Below, in pieces: positions 1 through 12,774 of a stretch of 64,000 bases of DNA. Position 1 is the first letter of the stretch. Every line of letters starts with the position of its first letter. The translations under genes were made by a program, and so were the position numbers. The notes beneath the pieces are model-generated. The model was given only the letters and a program-made list of their open reading frames with translations. It was not told where the DNA came from and did no database searches. This stretch comes from the human T2T-CHM13v2.0 reference genome, Homo sapiens: the NCBI RefSeq assembly GCF_009914755.1, contig NC_060925.1; one strand, written 5' to 3'.

Positions 1-109
1 ATACAAATAACTAGAACAAAGAAATGTAGTAAATACAATCTACAACATATGGTAAACATAGCCTACAATGTGGAAGTGTTTAGAAAATAAACTCGGAAAT
101 AAAAATGTT

Positions 110-115
110 TTTATT
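110..115 (-). terminator. AATAAA polyadenylation signal of the NBPF 3' UTR (cleavage near 95)
   Basis: tttatt on + at 110-115, about 15 nt upstream of the recalled NBPF mRNA end. Confidence 0.75.
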
Positions 116-612
116 AATTCGTATCATTACCTGCCAAAACCAATCAACATAATAAAAGATTATAACACTGAATGTAAAAAAACAATTCACCAGTCCAAAG
201 TGATAGACAAAAAATTTTAGTTGTATGGATTAAAGTTAACTGTGGACAAAAATTAAAACCCAGGCAGGAAATTTTTTTTTCAACAACAGAAACTAGCAAA
301 AACAAGGATATAGTAAAAACTGAAATAGAAAATTTCCAGTGTAGAGATATGAATATAATAATAGACACAGGCAGGGATGATTAATAAATGATAAAATGTT
401 TAGAGGATGATCATTAGAATACAGGACATTTATACTCTTGAAAACCACTTTCCCAAATACTTCATTATAAGTAAGGTGTCTCTAAAAGGGACAGGTCTTC
501 TAGATTCCTCCTTAACCAAGTGACAGTCCTAGTATCACGATAATGGTGATGGACAAACTGGACCTTCTCTGCCTGCAGATGGGCTGAGGTAGGAAACTCT
601 CAGTAGTGACTC

Positions 613-988
613 TGCAGTGTTCCTGGCAAAACGTTTAGGCTGAATTTAATCATGAGGACATTTTCAGACAACTTCAGAATGTAGAACATTGAGCCAGACA
701 GCTGACCTGTCCTCTACAAACAAGTCCATGTCACCACCATCCATGACAACAACAAAAAGATGAGGAGATACTTTCGGTTCAAAATAACTAAAGAAATGTA
801 GCTACATTATGTTTTTACTTTTTTTGAACCCAAAATGTCTCTTCTCCTTTTTGTTGTGTGATTCATGGTGACATGGACTGTGTGAAGGAGACAGGTCAGT
901 TGTCCTGCTCAGTGTTCTACATTCTGCAGTTGTCTGGTGATTACCTCCTATGAAACTCAGGCTAAGCATTTTTAGCAAGAACATGGCA
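613..988. repeat. Long imperfect inverted repeat (~190-bp arms, no spacer), arms resemble an old L1MC/L1ME 3' end
   Basis: Perfect 14-bp palindrome aatgtagctacatt at 795-808 marks the axis. 665-711 matches the reverse complement of 890-936 at 42/47 nt. Confidence 0.9.
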
Positions 989-2475
989 TTGTTCATATTC
1001 TGCACCGGCAAATTCCCTGTTGTCTACAGGATGGAAGTGAGAGGAGCAGGGCTAAAGCCTCTCAATGCTGTTTGTCCATCTGGCTTTGGTCTTCCTAAGT
1101 GTTGATATCAAGTGGAGGCTGAAGGACTGTGGCTTCTCTAACCAAAATTGTGGGTTAACAATTGTCAAGAGCAGTCAGTGGTTCTGAAATACAATCCTCA
1201 GCCATGGATCCCTCCTGTGTTGTGTTGAGCTTTCAATTGCTTTGCTCTTTTAGTTTTTTTCATCAAACGAAAATGCTTTTTGTGATATCCTTTCTTTCTT
1301 TTCATTGTTCCAGCAGCATTTAGTATCTGTAGGAGACAGAGAAGGAAAGATCAAATGGGCATCTTTGTCAGGTCCTGCTGATGGCTGAGTCTAGAGGGAC
1401 TGCTAAGTGGTGATAGCCCAGGGGCAAACTGAGCTCCTGCTAGGAGGATGAGCTGAAGGCTGAGCCGAAGGCTGAGTGAAGAGGCAAGTGCCATCCACAA
1501 GTGAAAAGTAAATGCCCCTGAACTTCCAGTCAGCTGAGGTGAAGGATATAGGGACCCTAGCTCTGCCCAACCAGCAGCCAGTGACATCAGCCCCTTTCCT
1601 CCTGATTCCTTCTGTCTGGAGCAGAGTGATGGCTTTTCACACCCCTCAGTGAGGATGTTCTCAGCATCAACCATGAAAGCTCAGAAACAGAGGGCTGCAG
1701 AAGGAAAGGACCTTTTACAGAGAAACCCACTCCCTTACAGCTCCATGTCCCCGTCTCTTAGGGAAGGGTGTGCAGGGCCATGGGAAGAACCCTGGAGGTG
1801 AGATACAGGAAGGACCTCAGACCACATCCACATCCAGTTCTGCCTTTTACAACAGAGGAGCAGTGATGCCACAGGGCTGACTTAACTAAAGCCACGTGAC
1901 TTGCTATTGACAACCCTGAAACTAGAACCCACGCACGAAGTCCCTTTCAATAAGTTGGAGAGAAGAGAGAGTCAATTCTCCAATCTGGAGTTCTTGACAG
2001 TCACTAGAGGTTGCTGGGTCACCTTGGCTAGGATAGGAATGAGCTTTTACAAAGAAATATGATGTCACTGCTACTTGTTTTGTCGGTAAAATTAAAAATG
2101 AGAAAAGACAAAAGAAATATTATGTGTTCTTCCAAAAAGGATCAGAAAAAAAGGAAAAGGAAAGAGTCAAATGGAATTACAAAGGAAGGGTGGTGATTGT
2201 AACCATGGCCCAACTTATTATCCCTAATTCCCTGAAGTTGATTCCATACCTGGTTACACCTTAAGGCATTTCTAGAAATATTCTCAATATCTGATCGACA
2301 AAACTCTGAAGTAGAAAGTGAAAAGGATTAGTTTGTGTTTTATTACATTCTCCTCTCCCTGTTATATTTTTCCCAAAGTGGTTTGTTGGGAAAGATTTCT
2401 TTTTAGTATTTTATGCCAGCGTCAAGGGTAGCATAAAAAAGTATTCATATATCATCTCTTCCTGAGTTTCAGTTT

Positions 2476-2834
<359 letters not shown>

Positions 2835-2986
2835 TGAGAACTACGAGTTCTCTTTGAGGATTTGGCTGAATGAAAAGAATTGAGCAAAGCAGAATTTTTA
2901 CACTGCAGTGCTGAACCCATTCATGGGCTCTGGAATCAGTGTGTGGAAATGTAAACTGCAGGATTTATTTTAAAATTGAAAAGAAA

Positions 2987-3310
2987 GCTGGGCATGACGG
3001 CTCATGCCTAAATCCCAGATCTTTGGGAAGCCAAGGTGGATGGATCACTTGAGGCCAGGAGTTTGAAATCAGCCTTCCCAACATGGTGAAACCATGCCTC
3101 TACTAAAAAAATACAAAAATTAGCCAAGTGTGGTGGCATGCACCTGTAATCCCAGCTACTCAGGAGGCTGAGGCATGAGAATTGTTGAAGCAGCGAGACG
3201 GAGGTTGCAGTGAGCCGAGACTGCGCCACTGCACTCCAGCCTGGGTGACAGAGAGAGACTCTGTCTTAAAAATAAAATAAAATAAAACAAAACATAAAAT
3301 ACAATAAAAT
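2987..3310 (+). mobile_element. Alu (S/J type) with (AAAAT)n tail
   Basis: Full dimer; TSD taaaattgaa(a/c)agaaa. Confidence 0.95.
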
Positions 3311-3628
3311 AAAATTGAACAGAAAATGCTAAATTTGAATATGTGTAATATACGAGGTATTGTTTTCTGTATACTGGGTTTCAATATAATGACTATTTCT
3401 TATTTTACTTGTATTTAAAATTAAGCAAGTGTGCTTTAAGTAGAGAGACTATAGGTCTAATCCACCTATTTTCTTGTTTTTCTTTTTTATTTTTTTCTAC
3501 ATTCTACAAATACTACTGTTGAGAGGTGAATACAGATCCCATCAATGTCTGATGGATGCTCAGCCTTTTGTGTGGAGTAGCCACACAAGTGGTCATCTCC
3601 ATGTTGAAAACCTGAGGTCAGAGTAGAC

Positions 3629-3810
3629 CAGTGGTCCTTGTCATCTTCGGTTGTATATTAGAATATCATGGAAGTTTTTTAAAGGTACTGATGCTCACAT
3701 CACACCCCAGACCATTTAAGTGAGAATCTCAAGATGTCAGTTCAAGGCATTCATGTTTATTGAAATCTCACCAGGTGCTTATTACATGGTAGCAGGATTT
3801 AGAGACAATG
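3629..3810. mobile_element. MER5-type hAT-Charlie MITE, degraded
   Basis: cagtggt.. start and ...gatgctcacatcacaccccagacc...tgagaatct core similar to MER5. Confidence 0.55.
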
Positions 3811-4459
3811 AATGAACCAACCTGATTTCCCATCATTTTCTTTCCTATCCTCATTTCTCTCATGATTGCCTTCATTCTCTGTGGCTCTATGGATTTTAGT
3901 CTTTCTTCTGACAATTTCGGTTAAATCTCTCACTTGGGCTGGTCTGAGGCAAAGTCTGTCCTGTAGATAGGTTCTTGTCTATCATCTTATGTAGACATAA
4001 AGCTGACCCCTGGACTCACTTTTCTCAAAGTTAATTCATTAAATGCTCTCGTATTTCTCTGTCCTCAAGATTCACCTGAGTTGTGTTTTAGATTCTAACT
4101 GAGCTTGTAGAAGTAGATATGTGAATAAAAAGGAGAGAGGTGAGAATGTACCTCGTGGTCTATGCAGGTTCAAAGTCCTGCCCTGCCCTCTGCATCTACC
4201 TTCGGCTGAGGTTCCTTTGGAATGTCATAAATGTTCTCCAGTTAATGTCAGCTAAGTGACTCCATGAGGAGCAGGCACAGTCCCTGGAAACTTCATCCAC
4301 GTTGGCATAAGGTTGCCCATCTGGAGCTGAAGACACACCTGACTCCAGGCTAGTAGGGAACTCTCTTCTGTGACCCAGGTTCTAATTTAGTTTTTGATTT
4401 GGGGTTCTTAGTGCTCATTTTTAACACTTCTCATTCCCATGTACAAGGTGAGGGTTAAA

Positions 4460-4800
4460 GTTTGACTTAGTTGGGTTGCTCAAAAGCTGTCCCAAGAGAA
4501 AAATCTGTGTATAAATGACGTATTAAAGCAATGCTCCCAGCAGAAAGGGGCAATGGAGTTTGGGATGCAGGAAGGAAAGGCAAATTACTCAAGCCGTGCA
4601 ATTCCAGGCAAAGAACTCTGTGTTTAGCAGCTCACACCATGCACTTGGAGGGAGACAAGGAGGCTGGGCTCTCCTGCAGCTGTGAGAAGGACTCTCAGGA
4701 CAGCAGCAGTGGGAACAGAGCAGAGTTCAGAGAGCAAACAGGTGATGAGGACCAGAAGGGCCTGGCAGGGTGGCAGCCCATGGGACACAGAGGTTAGACC
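4460..4800 (-). mobile_element. Old ERVL-type LTR fragment (LTR16/LTR33/MLT1-like)
   Basis: ttagttgggttgctcaaaagc... terminus resembles reverse ERVL LTR ends. Confidence 0.35.
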
Positions 4801-4927
4801 AGACAGACATGACAGCAGCTGCTGGAGAGAACAAATACAGAAGAAAAAAGCAGTGGGAGAAGGAGCTGTCATCACAGACAGAGAGAAATAAGGAGTGAGT
4901 GCAGCTAAGAGCCATAGATGTGATTAC

Positions 4928-5142
4928 CTTCGTACTCTAAGCTTGCAGGCCAGGGAATCTGCAGGCCAGTCTCCACTTGCTGAATGGGAGCTTTCTTTTG
5001 GTCATCTTCGGTTTTAGGACACTTGAGGCATGAATGTGGCCAGTGACTTGATGCCCATGTGTGTTGTCAGCTGAGCCTTCAATAGCATCACCTTCCAGCT
5101 GGTGAGGGTTCTTCATTCCAAGGGAAGTCTCTAAACCCAGCT
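4928..5142 (-). pseudogene. NBPF: NBPF-family penultimate exon (NBPF4/NBPF6-type C-terminal segment) with TAG stop at 4937-4939
   Basis: Translation ELGLETSLGMKNPHQLEGDAIEGSADNTHGHQVTGHIHASSVLKPKMTKRKLPFSKWRLACRFPGLQA* closely resembles the recalled NBPF4/6 segment ELVLEPSLGMKNPPQLEDDALEGSASNTQGRQVTGRIRAS...RRLPFSKWRLAFRFAG. Acceptor ttttcag| at 5143/5142; donor AAG|gtaatc at 4928/4927. Confidence 0.9.
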
Positions 5143-6269
5143 CTGAAAATGAAACCACACCCAACAGCATTCACTGTCATCCATGATCTTACTGTGACTT
5201 TCTCTTCCACCCAAGAGGATCATCAGAGAAGGAAAGCGGCCTTGAACAAGAAAATCCAAGGGGTAAAGGGAAGCCAAGAAAGACATTTGGGTACTTTCTG
5301 TATTGTTGATTTTTCATGCATCACCCAGTAATGACAAGATTGCCAGGAGGAAAAGGTGATCCCAACTGGCAAACATATTCAAAAAATTTAGGATTAATAA
5401 ACCCAAATAGCTTCCAAGTAGATAAGGCAAAGGCAAGGAAATCACACTGGATACAGGCTGTGTTTTGGGAGGGAGGAGATTCTAAAAATCAAGCAAAATC
5501 AACGTTAAATGAACATATGAGAGAAAAGAATTGGGAAGACTAAACATGGGATATTGATGAAATGATCATACAGATAGGTACATTGCATATATCTACATTT
5601 TATTAAAAATACATGCAAATATGCATAACGTATATAACAGTGACATAAATGCATATATTTATATATAAAAATCTATTGGAAGAAATTATTACATAGGGAT
5701 GTGGAAGGTGTTGAATTAACATTATAATCACTAACATTACAATCTAGCCCATTGAAATTGGAAAAAATTTTGGAAAAATAAGACTATTGAGAGAGAGAAG
5801 ACATGGTGAGAAACAAATGCCCTAGTAGACAGCAGGGAGAAGTCACTAGAGAATGAAACAAAAGGCATTCATTCTTTCCTCCTGCCTGGAGCCTGGTTAG
5901 TGCTCTGGACTCCTGGGAAAGCCAGCAGGTGAGAGCGTTGGAGCCAGGTGGGTGAGTCCTGACTGGGGATGTGGGAATCCATGGAGAAGCAAAAGAGACA
6001 TCAGTGGGAAGAAATCAGTTTAAATACTCGAAGTTATCAGGGCACGTGTCAGGGACTACGCATCCCCCGACACTCACTGAGCGTCTTCCATGTGTCCTCT
6101 CCACGGACCCAGAAAGTGCTCGTTACCTCAAGTGACCCTCCTTCCTCCTGAGGACATGGGTCCCTTATTCCTCAGCTGGGGGCATCGCCTGACAGATAAG
6201 CACCTGGCAGCCCCAGGGGCTCCAGGAGGAGATATTGAGTGGGACAGAGAGTAAGAATGAACACGACCC

Positions 6270-6503
6270 AGTAGAGATGGGGTTTCACCATGTTGGCCAG
6301 GTTGGTCTTGAACACCTGACCTCAAGTGATCTGCCTGCCTTGGCCTCCCACTGTGCCCAGCTGCAGCTAATTTTTTGTATTTTTAGTAGAGACAGGGTTT
6401 CCCTGTGTTGGCCATGATGGTCTTGAACTCCTGGCCTCAAGTGATCTGCTCACCTGGGCCTCCCAGAGTGCTGGGATTACAGGCGTGAGCCACCACACCT
6501 GGC
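6270..6503 (-). mobile_element. Two fused Alu left-arm fragments
   Basis: Two successive tagaga(t/c)..gggtttc...ctcaagtgatctgc blocks without right arms. Confidence 0.85.
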
Positions 6504-6724
6504 CAAGAAACAACCATCTTATTTTGTGCTTTTGTTTGGTCCACCAGATCTATGTTTCTTTTTCTCACCTTTCTTGCCTTTCTTTTGAAATGATTATTTT
6601 TTCTTACCATCTATTTTTTTCCTTTTCTGTTGATATGAAAATAATGTACTCTTTTTCTATTCTTTGAGCAGTGGCTCTCTGGCTCTAGAAATCACACAAT
6701 AGTCACCCTTTCCTTAGCAAAGTC

Positions 6725-7033
6725 TTTTTTTTCTTTTTAATTTAAAGACAGGGTCTCACTTTGTGGCCCAGACTGGGGTGCAGTGATGCAGTCACAGCTC
6801 ACTACATCCTCAACTTCCCCAGCTTAAACGATCCTCCTACCTCAGCCTCCCCAGTAGCTGCGACTACAGGCACATACCACCACACCTGGCTAGTTTTGTT
6901 TGTTTATTTTTTGTAGCAACGAGGTCTCGCTATATTGCCCAGGCTGGTCTCAGACTTCTAGGCTCAAGCAATCCTCCTGAACCCTGGCCTCCCAAAGTGC
7001 TGGGTTTACAGGTGTGAGCTACCATGCCTGGCC
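6725..7033 (-). mobile_element. AluJ
   Basis: Diverged dimer with J-type positions; short TSD aaagtct. Confidence 0.9.
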
Positions 7034-7049
7034 TAAAGTCTAATGTTAA

Positions 7050-7349
<300 letters not shown>

Positions 7350-7379
7350 TAACAAAACTTCCCTTTCTCCCTAGTTTCT

Positions 7380-8900
7380 AGCTGGCAACATGGAGTTGCT
7401 ATACATTTTAATTCTGTATATTTTAACACTCTGTAAGACATGCATATTACAGCTTTTAAGGTCAATATTTATGTTTACCCATATATTTACCATTTTTAAA
7501 ATTCTTAATCCTTTCTGTGTCTCTGACCCTTTAGCCTAAGTCAGTTGGTTGTGAATTCTCTCAATTCTTGTTTGTCTGAAAATGCCTGTATTTTACTTTC
7601 ATGGTTGAAGAATATTTTGCTGGCTATAAAGTTCTATAATAGTTTTTATTTTCTATAAGAACATGGAGAATATATTCCCATTTTTCCTTTGGTTTTTATT
7701 TTTGTGCTTTAGAAACTTAAATTAAAATTTTTTTTTCTGGACGCTATAAAGATTTTTTCACTTTTTCTTTTGTTTTCTGCAATATCTCAGGGTGAATCTT
7801 GGTGTAGATTTCTTTTTTCTTTATCCTGCATGGAATTCTTAAGTTCTATGAGTCAGTCCTCCAAAATTCTCAGTCATTTAACCATAAAAATTTAAATATT
7901 GCCTTTGCTCCATTTCTCTCTCTTGTAAAACTGCAATTAAATATATGTTAGACTTTTTCAAGATGTCCTCCCTCTCTCTTATCCTCTCTGCTATATTTTC
8001 TGTTTTTGTCTCTTTGTGCTGTAATATGGAAAGTTTATTCTGACTTATTTTTCTGTTCAATAATTCTTTCTTCAGCTATGTCTAATATGCCCTTAAACTC
8101 ACTCAATTAATTCATAATTTGTCATTATATTTCCCCTTTTCAAAATTATGTCACTTTTCCCCCTCAGTGTCTTTCTGAAATTTTGAAGCTTTTCTTTTCT
8201 TTCTTTCTTTTCCTTTTTTTTTTTCTTTTTTAAGGCTTGGTAGGCATAGTTGTTTTATAGTTGGTATCTAATAATCCCAATATATGACAAACAGTCTTTG
8301 TTGGTCTGTTTCTACTATCTTCTTGTTTTAACTGGTTCTTGCTCATGGTACCTTGTTTCCTATGCATTTTGTTTTCTTTGTGTGCTATTCAATGTATTTT
8401 AGGAATACTTTGAGACATAAGATGATAGTGCCTCTTACAAGAGAGTATTTTAATTTGTTTCTGCCATGATTCTAGAGATGCTACTAATGCAGGACTATCT
8501 TAATCTAAGTTCGAGGCTTCAGGTTCCCTAAAAGAGCCAAATGATGAGAAGCTAGGCTGCAAGTCTTTTGAAGGACTGGTTTAATTCTGGTTTACCCTTA
8601 CCCTGAAGTGATAACCTTGCTAGGTTCTACCTTACAGTGGCAGGTGGTTTATCTGAGTCTTAAGCTAAGGTGGACCCTGAGCTTTAAGTCTTGTTTCCTC
8701 TGCCCTGAAAGACCCCCACCTGCCCTAAGCAAATGCAGTTTCACAGTTATTTCTTCGAGATAAGCAAATCTCATTAGGGCCAAACAGATTTTAATATAGG
8801 GGCTTCATTTTTTCTAGCTTTTGACTGGGCAGTTTCTTATTCGATTAACTATTTGGTGCTTTTGGAAGGTGTGGGTTTTCAAAAAATATATTTCCCAATT
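7380..8900 (-). mobile_element. Old L1 (L1M/HAL1-type) ORF1 region
   Basis: ORF 7878-8060 (IAERIREREDILKKSNIYLIAVLQE) resembles the L1 ORF1p coiled-coil/RRM boundary motif; T-rich antisense L1 composition. Confidence 0.7.
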
Positions 8901-9528
8901 TCATTTTACTTTTTCTCAGCAGAGGGGTTACTCTGAGATAACTAGTCTACCACTATAGGAAATAATATATATCTATTTTTGTATTTCAGTCTTTAGCACA
9001 GTTTTGGTCATTCAATCTTTGTTAAAGAATGATGATATGTGTGGCCATGGGCATTGGAATCAAGTTGTAGAAGCTATGGTTTCTTTCTTCAAGGAACTTA
9101 TCATTTAATAAGTGAAGAAAAAAATCACAAATAAAACTTAAATAATGACTATATTTTCTTTGTAGAAGTGTAAATTAATATACCTTTTTGGAGAAAAATT
9201 TGGCATTGCTTATCAAAATTAAATATACTCTTTGGCTAAATTCCACATCTAATAATTTATCTGATGTATACTCCACACATACTTGGACAGGTGCTTAAAG
9301 ATGTGTATATGAGTACTTTTTATTGATAACAGCATGTTTGTAATACAAAAGACAAAAAGGTCTAAATATCTATTGAGATGGGACTGATGAAATAAATTGT
9401 AATATAATGTAATGAAATAATGTGCGGCCATTAAAAAGAATGAGAGAAGATTAACATGTATTGATAAGGAATAATTTGCATGATATATTCAAGTGAAAAC
9501 AAAGAAATAAACAAGAAGCTTGATAGGA

Positions 9529-9962
9529 CAGTTGACCCTTGAACAATTGGTCGTTAGGGGCACCTACCCCCTCAACACAGTTGCAAATTTGCATATGACT
9601 TTTGACTCCCTCAGAACTTAAAAATCAATAGCCTACTGTGGATTGGAAGCCTTACTGATAACATACACGGTCAATTAACACATACATATTTTGTGTGTTA
9701 TATGTGTTATATACAATATTCTTAAAGTAAGTTAACATGTTATTAAGAAACCATAACGAAGAGAAAATACATTTACTATTCATTAAGTGGAAGTGGATCA
9801 TCATAAAGGTTTTCATCCTCATCATCTTTACATTGAATAGGCTGAGGAGGAGGAGGAAGAGGAGGGGTTGGTCTTGTTGTCTTGTGGGTGGCAGAGGTGG
9901 AAAAGAATCCATGTATAGGTGGACCCACATAGTTCAAACCCATGTTGTTCAAGGGTCAACTG
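9529..9962. mobile_element. Tigger2a (TcMar-Tigger non-autonomous DNA transposon), full length
   Basis: TIRs cagttgacccttgaacaa / ttgttcaagggtcaactg; 434 bp; TA on the right flank. Confidence 0.9.
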
Positions 9963-10068
9963 TATATATAATATGCTGCACACATGCATGCACACATATA
10001 TACACTTGCTTAGAAGTTCATAGAGCATCTCTGAAAGACTATCAGAGGAACTGCTGACAGTAGTTATA

Positions 10069-10378
10069 GGCTGGGCACAGTGGCTCACAGGTATAATCCC
10101 AGCACTTCGGGAGGCCGAAGTGGGTAGATCACTTGAGCCCAGGAGTTCAAGACCAGCCTGGGCAACATGGTGAAATCCTGTCTCTACAAAAATATACAAA
10201 AAATTAGCTGGGCATAGTGGTGCACACCTGTACTCCCAACTATGCAGGAGGCTGACCTGGGAGGATCGCTTGAGTCCAGGAAGTTGAGGCTGCAGTGAGC
10301 CACGATCACACCACTGCACTCCAGCCTAGGCAACAGAGTGAAACTCGTCTCAAAAACCAAAACCAAAACAAAACAAAA
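10069..10378 (+). mobile_element. AluJ
   Basis: Full dimer with A-rich tail. Confidence 0.95.
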
Positions 10379-10422
10379 AGCACAGTGGTCATATCTGAGG
10401 AGCACAGTGGTCATATCTGAGG
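10379..10422. repeat. Perfect 22-bp tandem duplication (agcacagtggtcatatctgagg)x2
   Basis: Seen directly. Confidence 0.95.
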
Positions 10423-11461
10423 AGAGTAACTGGGACTTGGAGTACAAGAATAGGAAGTAAACTCTTCTCTGGGAGCTTTTGTGTTCTATATTATAGTTTA
10501 TATTTATTTTTCCCATGTGCATTTTAAAACCATTACGTTAAAATACAAAAAGTGCGAGGACAGTAGTGTATTAGAAGGCATACTATACTGATGGTCAGTT
10601 GACCTGAGCTGTAGTTTGTTTTTGTTACGAAGTCCCGTGATCTTTCCAGAACTCAGTGTCCTCTTCTATGAAATGTGGACACTGACCTAGCTGGTCTCAA
10701 AGGCCTCTTTCAATTTTAACATTCCCCCATTCCATTGACTAACACAGAGATACTTTTATTGCAGAAGTGCTTCGGTCAGGCAGTATCTTTGAAAATAATT
10801 TGGCCAATGAAAGCCCTGGCATTGGATGAAAGTGCTAGCTGCTGGGAATGCTACCCCTCCTTTTGGTTCTCTTTCAAGTCCTTCAGGTATTACACTGTGC
10901 TTTCCCTGAGACAATAAACTGAAACAACTGATTTCTTTAGCTTCACAGTTTGAAACTGTGGCTTTTAATATAACCTCACATTTGAAATATTTTAGGCCTG
11001 TTTTTCTTTAGGATCGGGTAGGTTTAAATCTCTGACAGATTGACCGAATCTCATTACCCCCTATTATACTATACAATGAAAGCTTATTTCCTAAGTGTTT
11101 CCACATTTTATGCTCACATTCACATAGATCTAAGTGGCCGAAACATTTAACTAAATGGACTATTCATACAATCTTATTTCCGGGCTGGTCATCTATGTCA
11201 ATGATAACAGTAGCATTCATCGCATGGCTATGAATCTGAATCTTTAAAAAAAAAAAGAGAGAGAAAGAATAATTATTTAAATCTAAACTATGCTCAGACT
11301 AGTGATTTAAAAGCTTTTTTAATTAAAAAGTAATTTAAGTTCATTTTCAAAGGTTCAAACAATACAGAAGTGTATAAAGTAAGAATTGAAAGTCTCTTCG
11401 CTGCTCTAATCTCACTCCTCAGAGGTGATCACTGGTAAGTATGGTATATATCTTTTCAGGT

Positions 11462-11488
11462 ACACATACACACACACACACACACACA
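11462..11488. repeat. (CA)n microsatellite
   Basis: Seen directly. Confidence 0.9.
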
Positions 11489-11595
11489 AACTTCACTTTT
11501 ATAATAATGAGATTCTACTGAACATGCTGTTTTACAATTTGTTTTTGTACTCAGCAATATGTTGTTCTTGGGGTACACAGAGCTGTACCTCACTC

Positions 11596-11902
11596 TTTTT
11601 TTTTTTTTTTTTTTTGAGACGGAGTCTCACTTTGTCACCCAGGCTGGAGTGCAGTGGCACAATCTTGGCTCACTGCAAGCTCTGCCTCCCAGGTTCACGC
11701 CATTCTCCTGCCTCACCTCAGCCTCACAAGTAGCTGGGACTACAGACGCCCTCCACCACACCCGGCTAATTTTTTCTATTTTTTAGTAGAGACAGGGTTT
11801 CACCGTGTTAGCCAGGATGGTCTCAATCTCCTGACCTCATGATCCGCCCGCCTCGGCCTCACAAAGTGTTGGGATTACAGGCATGAGCCACCGCGCCCAG
11901 CC
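11596..11902 (-). mobile_element. Alu (Sc/Y-like)
   Basis: Full dimer; TSD tacctca(c/t)tcttt. Confidence 0.95.
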
Positions 11903-12084
11903 TACCTCATTCTTTAAAGGGCTATAAACTATTCAATCACGCTGATGAACTAGCATTTATTTGCATATTTTCTCAGTGTTGGACCTCTAGAGTTAGTTTC
12001 CATTTATATGTTGTGAGAAACCATGTTGTATTGAACTTAGACATTTGGCTAGAAGTTTTATAGAATGTTTTCCTTGAATTAGGG

Positions 12085-12330
12085 TTCTAGGCACTTCCTA
12101 TATGCTAGGCACCAGTGTAAACACTTTACAAATATCAACTTTTAAAATTCCCATGACAACCCCATGAGTTATAGATACTATTATTATCTCAGTTTTGCAG
12201 ATGATAAACTTAGGCTCAGAGAGGTTAAGCAACTTGTTTGAGATCTCATGGTTCTAATTGGTAGAGCCAGGATTGGAATCCAGGATCTCTGAATCCAGAG
12301 TCTGTCCTTAACTCATATGCATTCTGCTTC
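12085..12330 (-). mobile_element. MIR
   Basis: Core gcagatgataaacttaggctcagagaggttaagcaacttg. Confidence 0.85.
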
Positions 12331-12747
12331 CTCATAGGATAGGTATATTTGGAATCTTGATAGATACTGCCAAGTTGTCCCTGAAAAAGGTTCTATCAAT
12401 TTATATTTCCACAAACTGTATTTGAGTGTTCACCCATTTTCCTATTTCATTACCAAACCCTATGTTCTCACTTTTAAATTTTTTTGCCAATTTGTGGTTG
12501 GAAAAATAGTATCAAATTATTGTTTTAACTTACAATTAATGCACCATTAACATTTATAATACTTAGCTTTTATTAGACCTGTACTACAATAAAATACATA
12601 AAAGAATTCTTCATCATTTCCAGATTATCATCCCAGAGCCCTCCCTGAAGCCCACACACAGCTTCTTCAGGAAATGCTGACAGCATGGTATACACATGGC
12701 TTCCATGTTTGTCATGGTTCCAAAGTTTGCTTTTGAAAGAGTTTAAT

Positions 12748-12774
12748 TTCTTTCTTTCTTTCTTTCTTTCTTTC
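12748..12774. repeat. (TTTC)n microsatellite
   Basis: Seen directly. Confidence 0.9.

Larger units (their letters stand above)
95..1326 (-). pseudogene. NBPF: NBPF-family terminal exon (short residual reading frame ILNAAGTMKRKKG, then 3' UTR)
   Basis: Minus-strand acceptor ttctctgtctcctacag|ATA at 1327/1326. The first codons resemble the NBPF4/6 tail IPNTAGRTQRMAG. The remainder matches the recalled NBPF mRNA 3' UTR ending ...GATACGAATTAATAAAAACATTTTTATTTCC. Confidence 0.85.
9160..10550 (+). mobile_element. L1ME-type 3' end, interrupted by Tigger2a and AluJ
   Basis: gtaaattaatatacctttttggagaaaaatttggca... ORF2 end and 3' UTR motifs that resume after the inserts. Confidence 0.65.

Noticed and set aside
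1351-1674. 107-aa minus-strand ORF
   Set aside because: Lies in the NBPF last intron just upstream of the 1326 acceptor; no recognisable homology
6127-6260. Possible additional minus-strand NBPF exon (donor GAG|gtaacg at 6127)
   Set aside because: Translation does not match the expected preceding NBPF4/6 exon (..GNQWPFQ) and there is no clear acceptor
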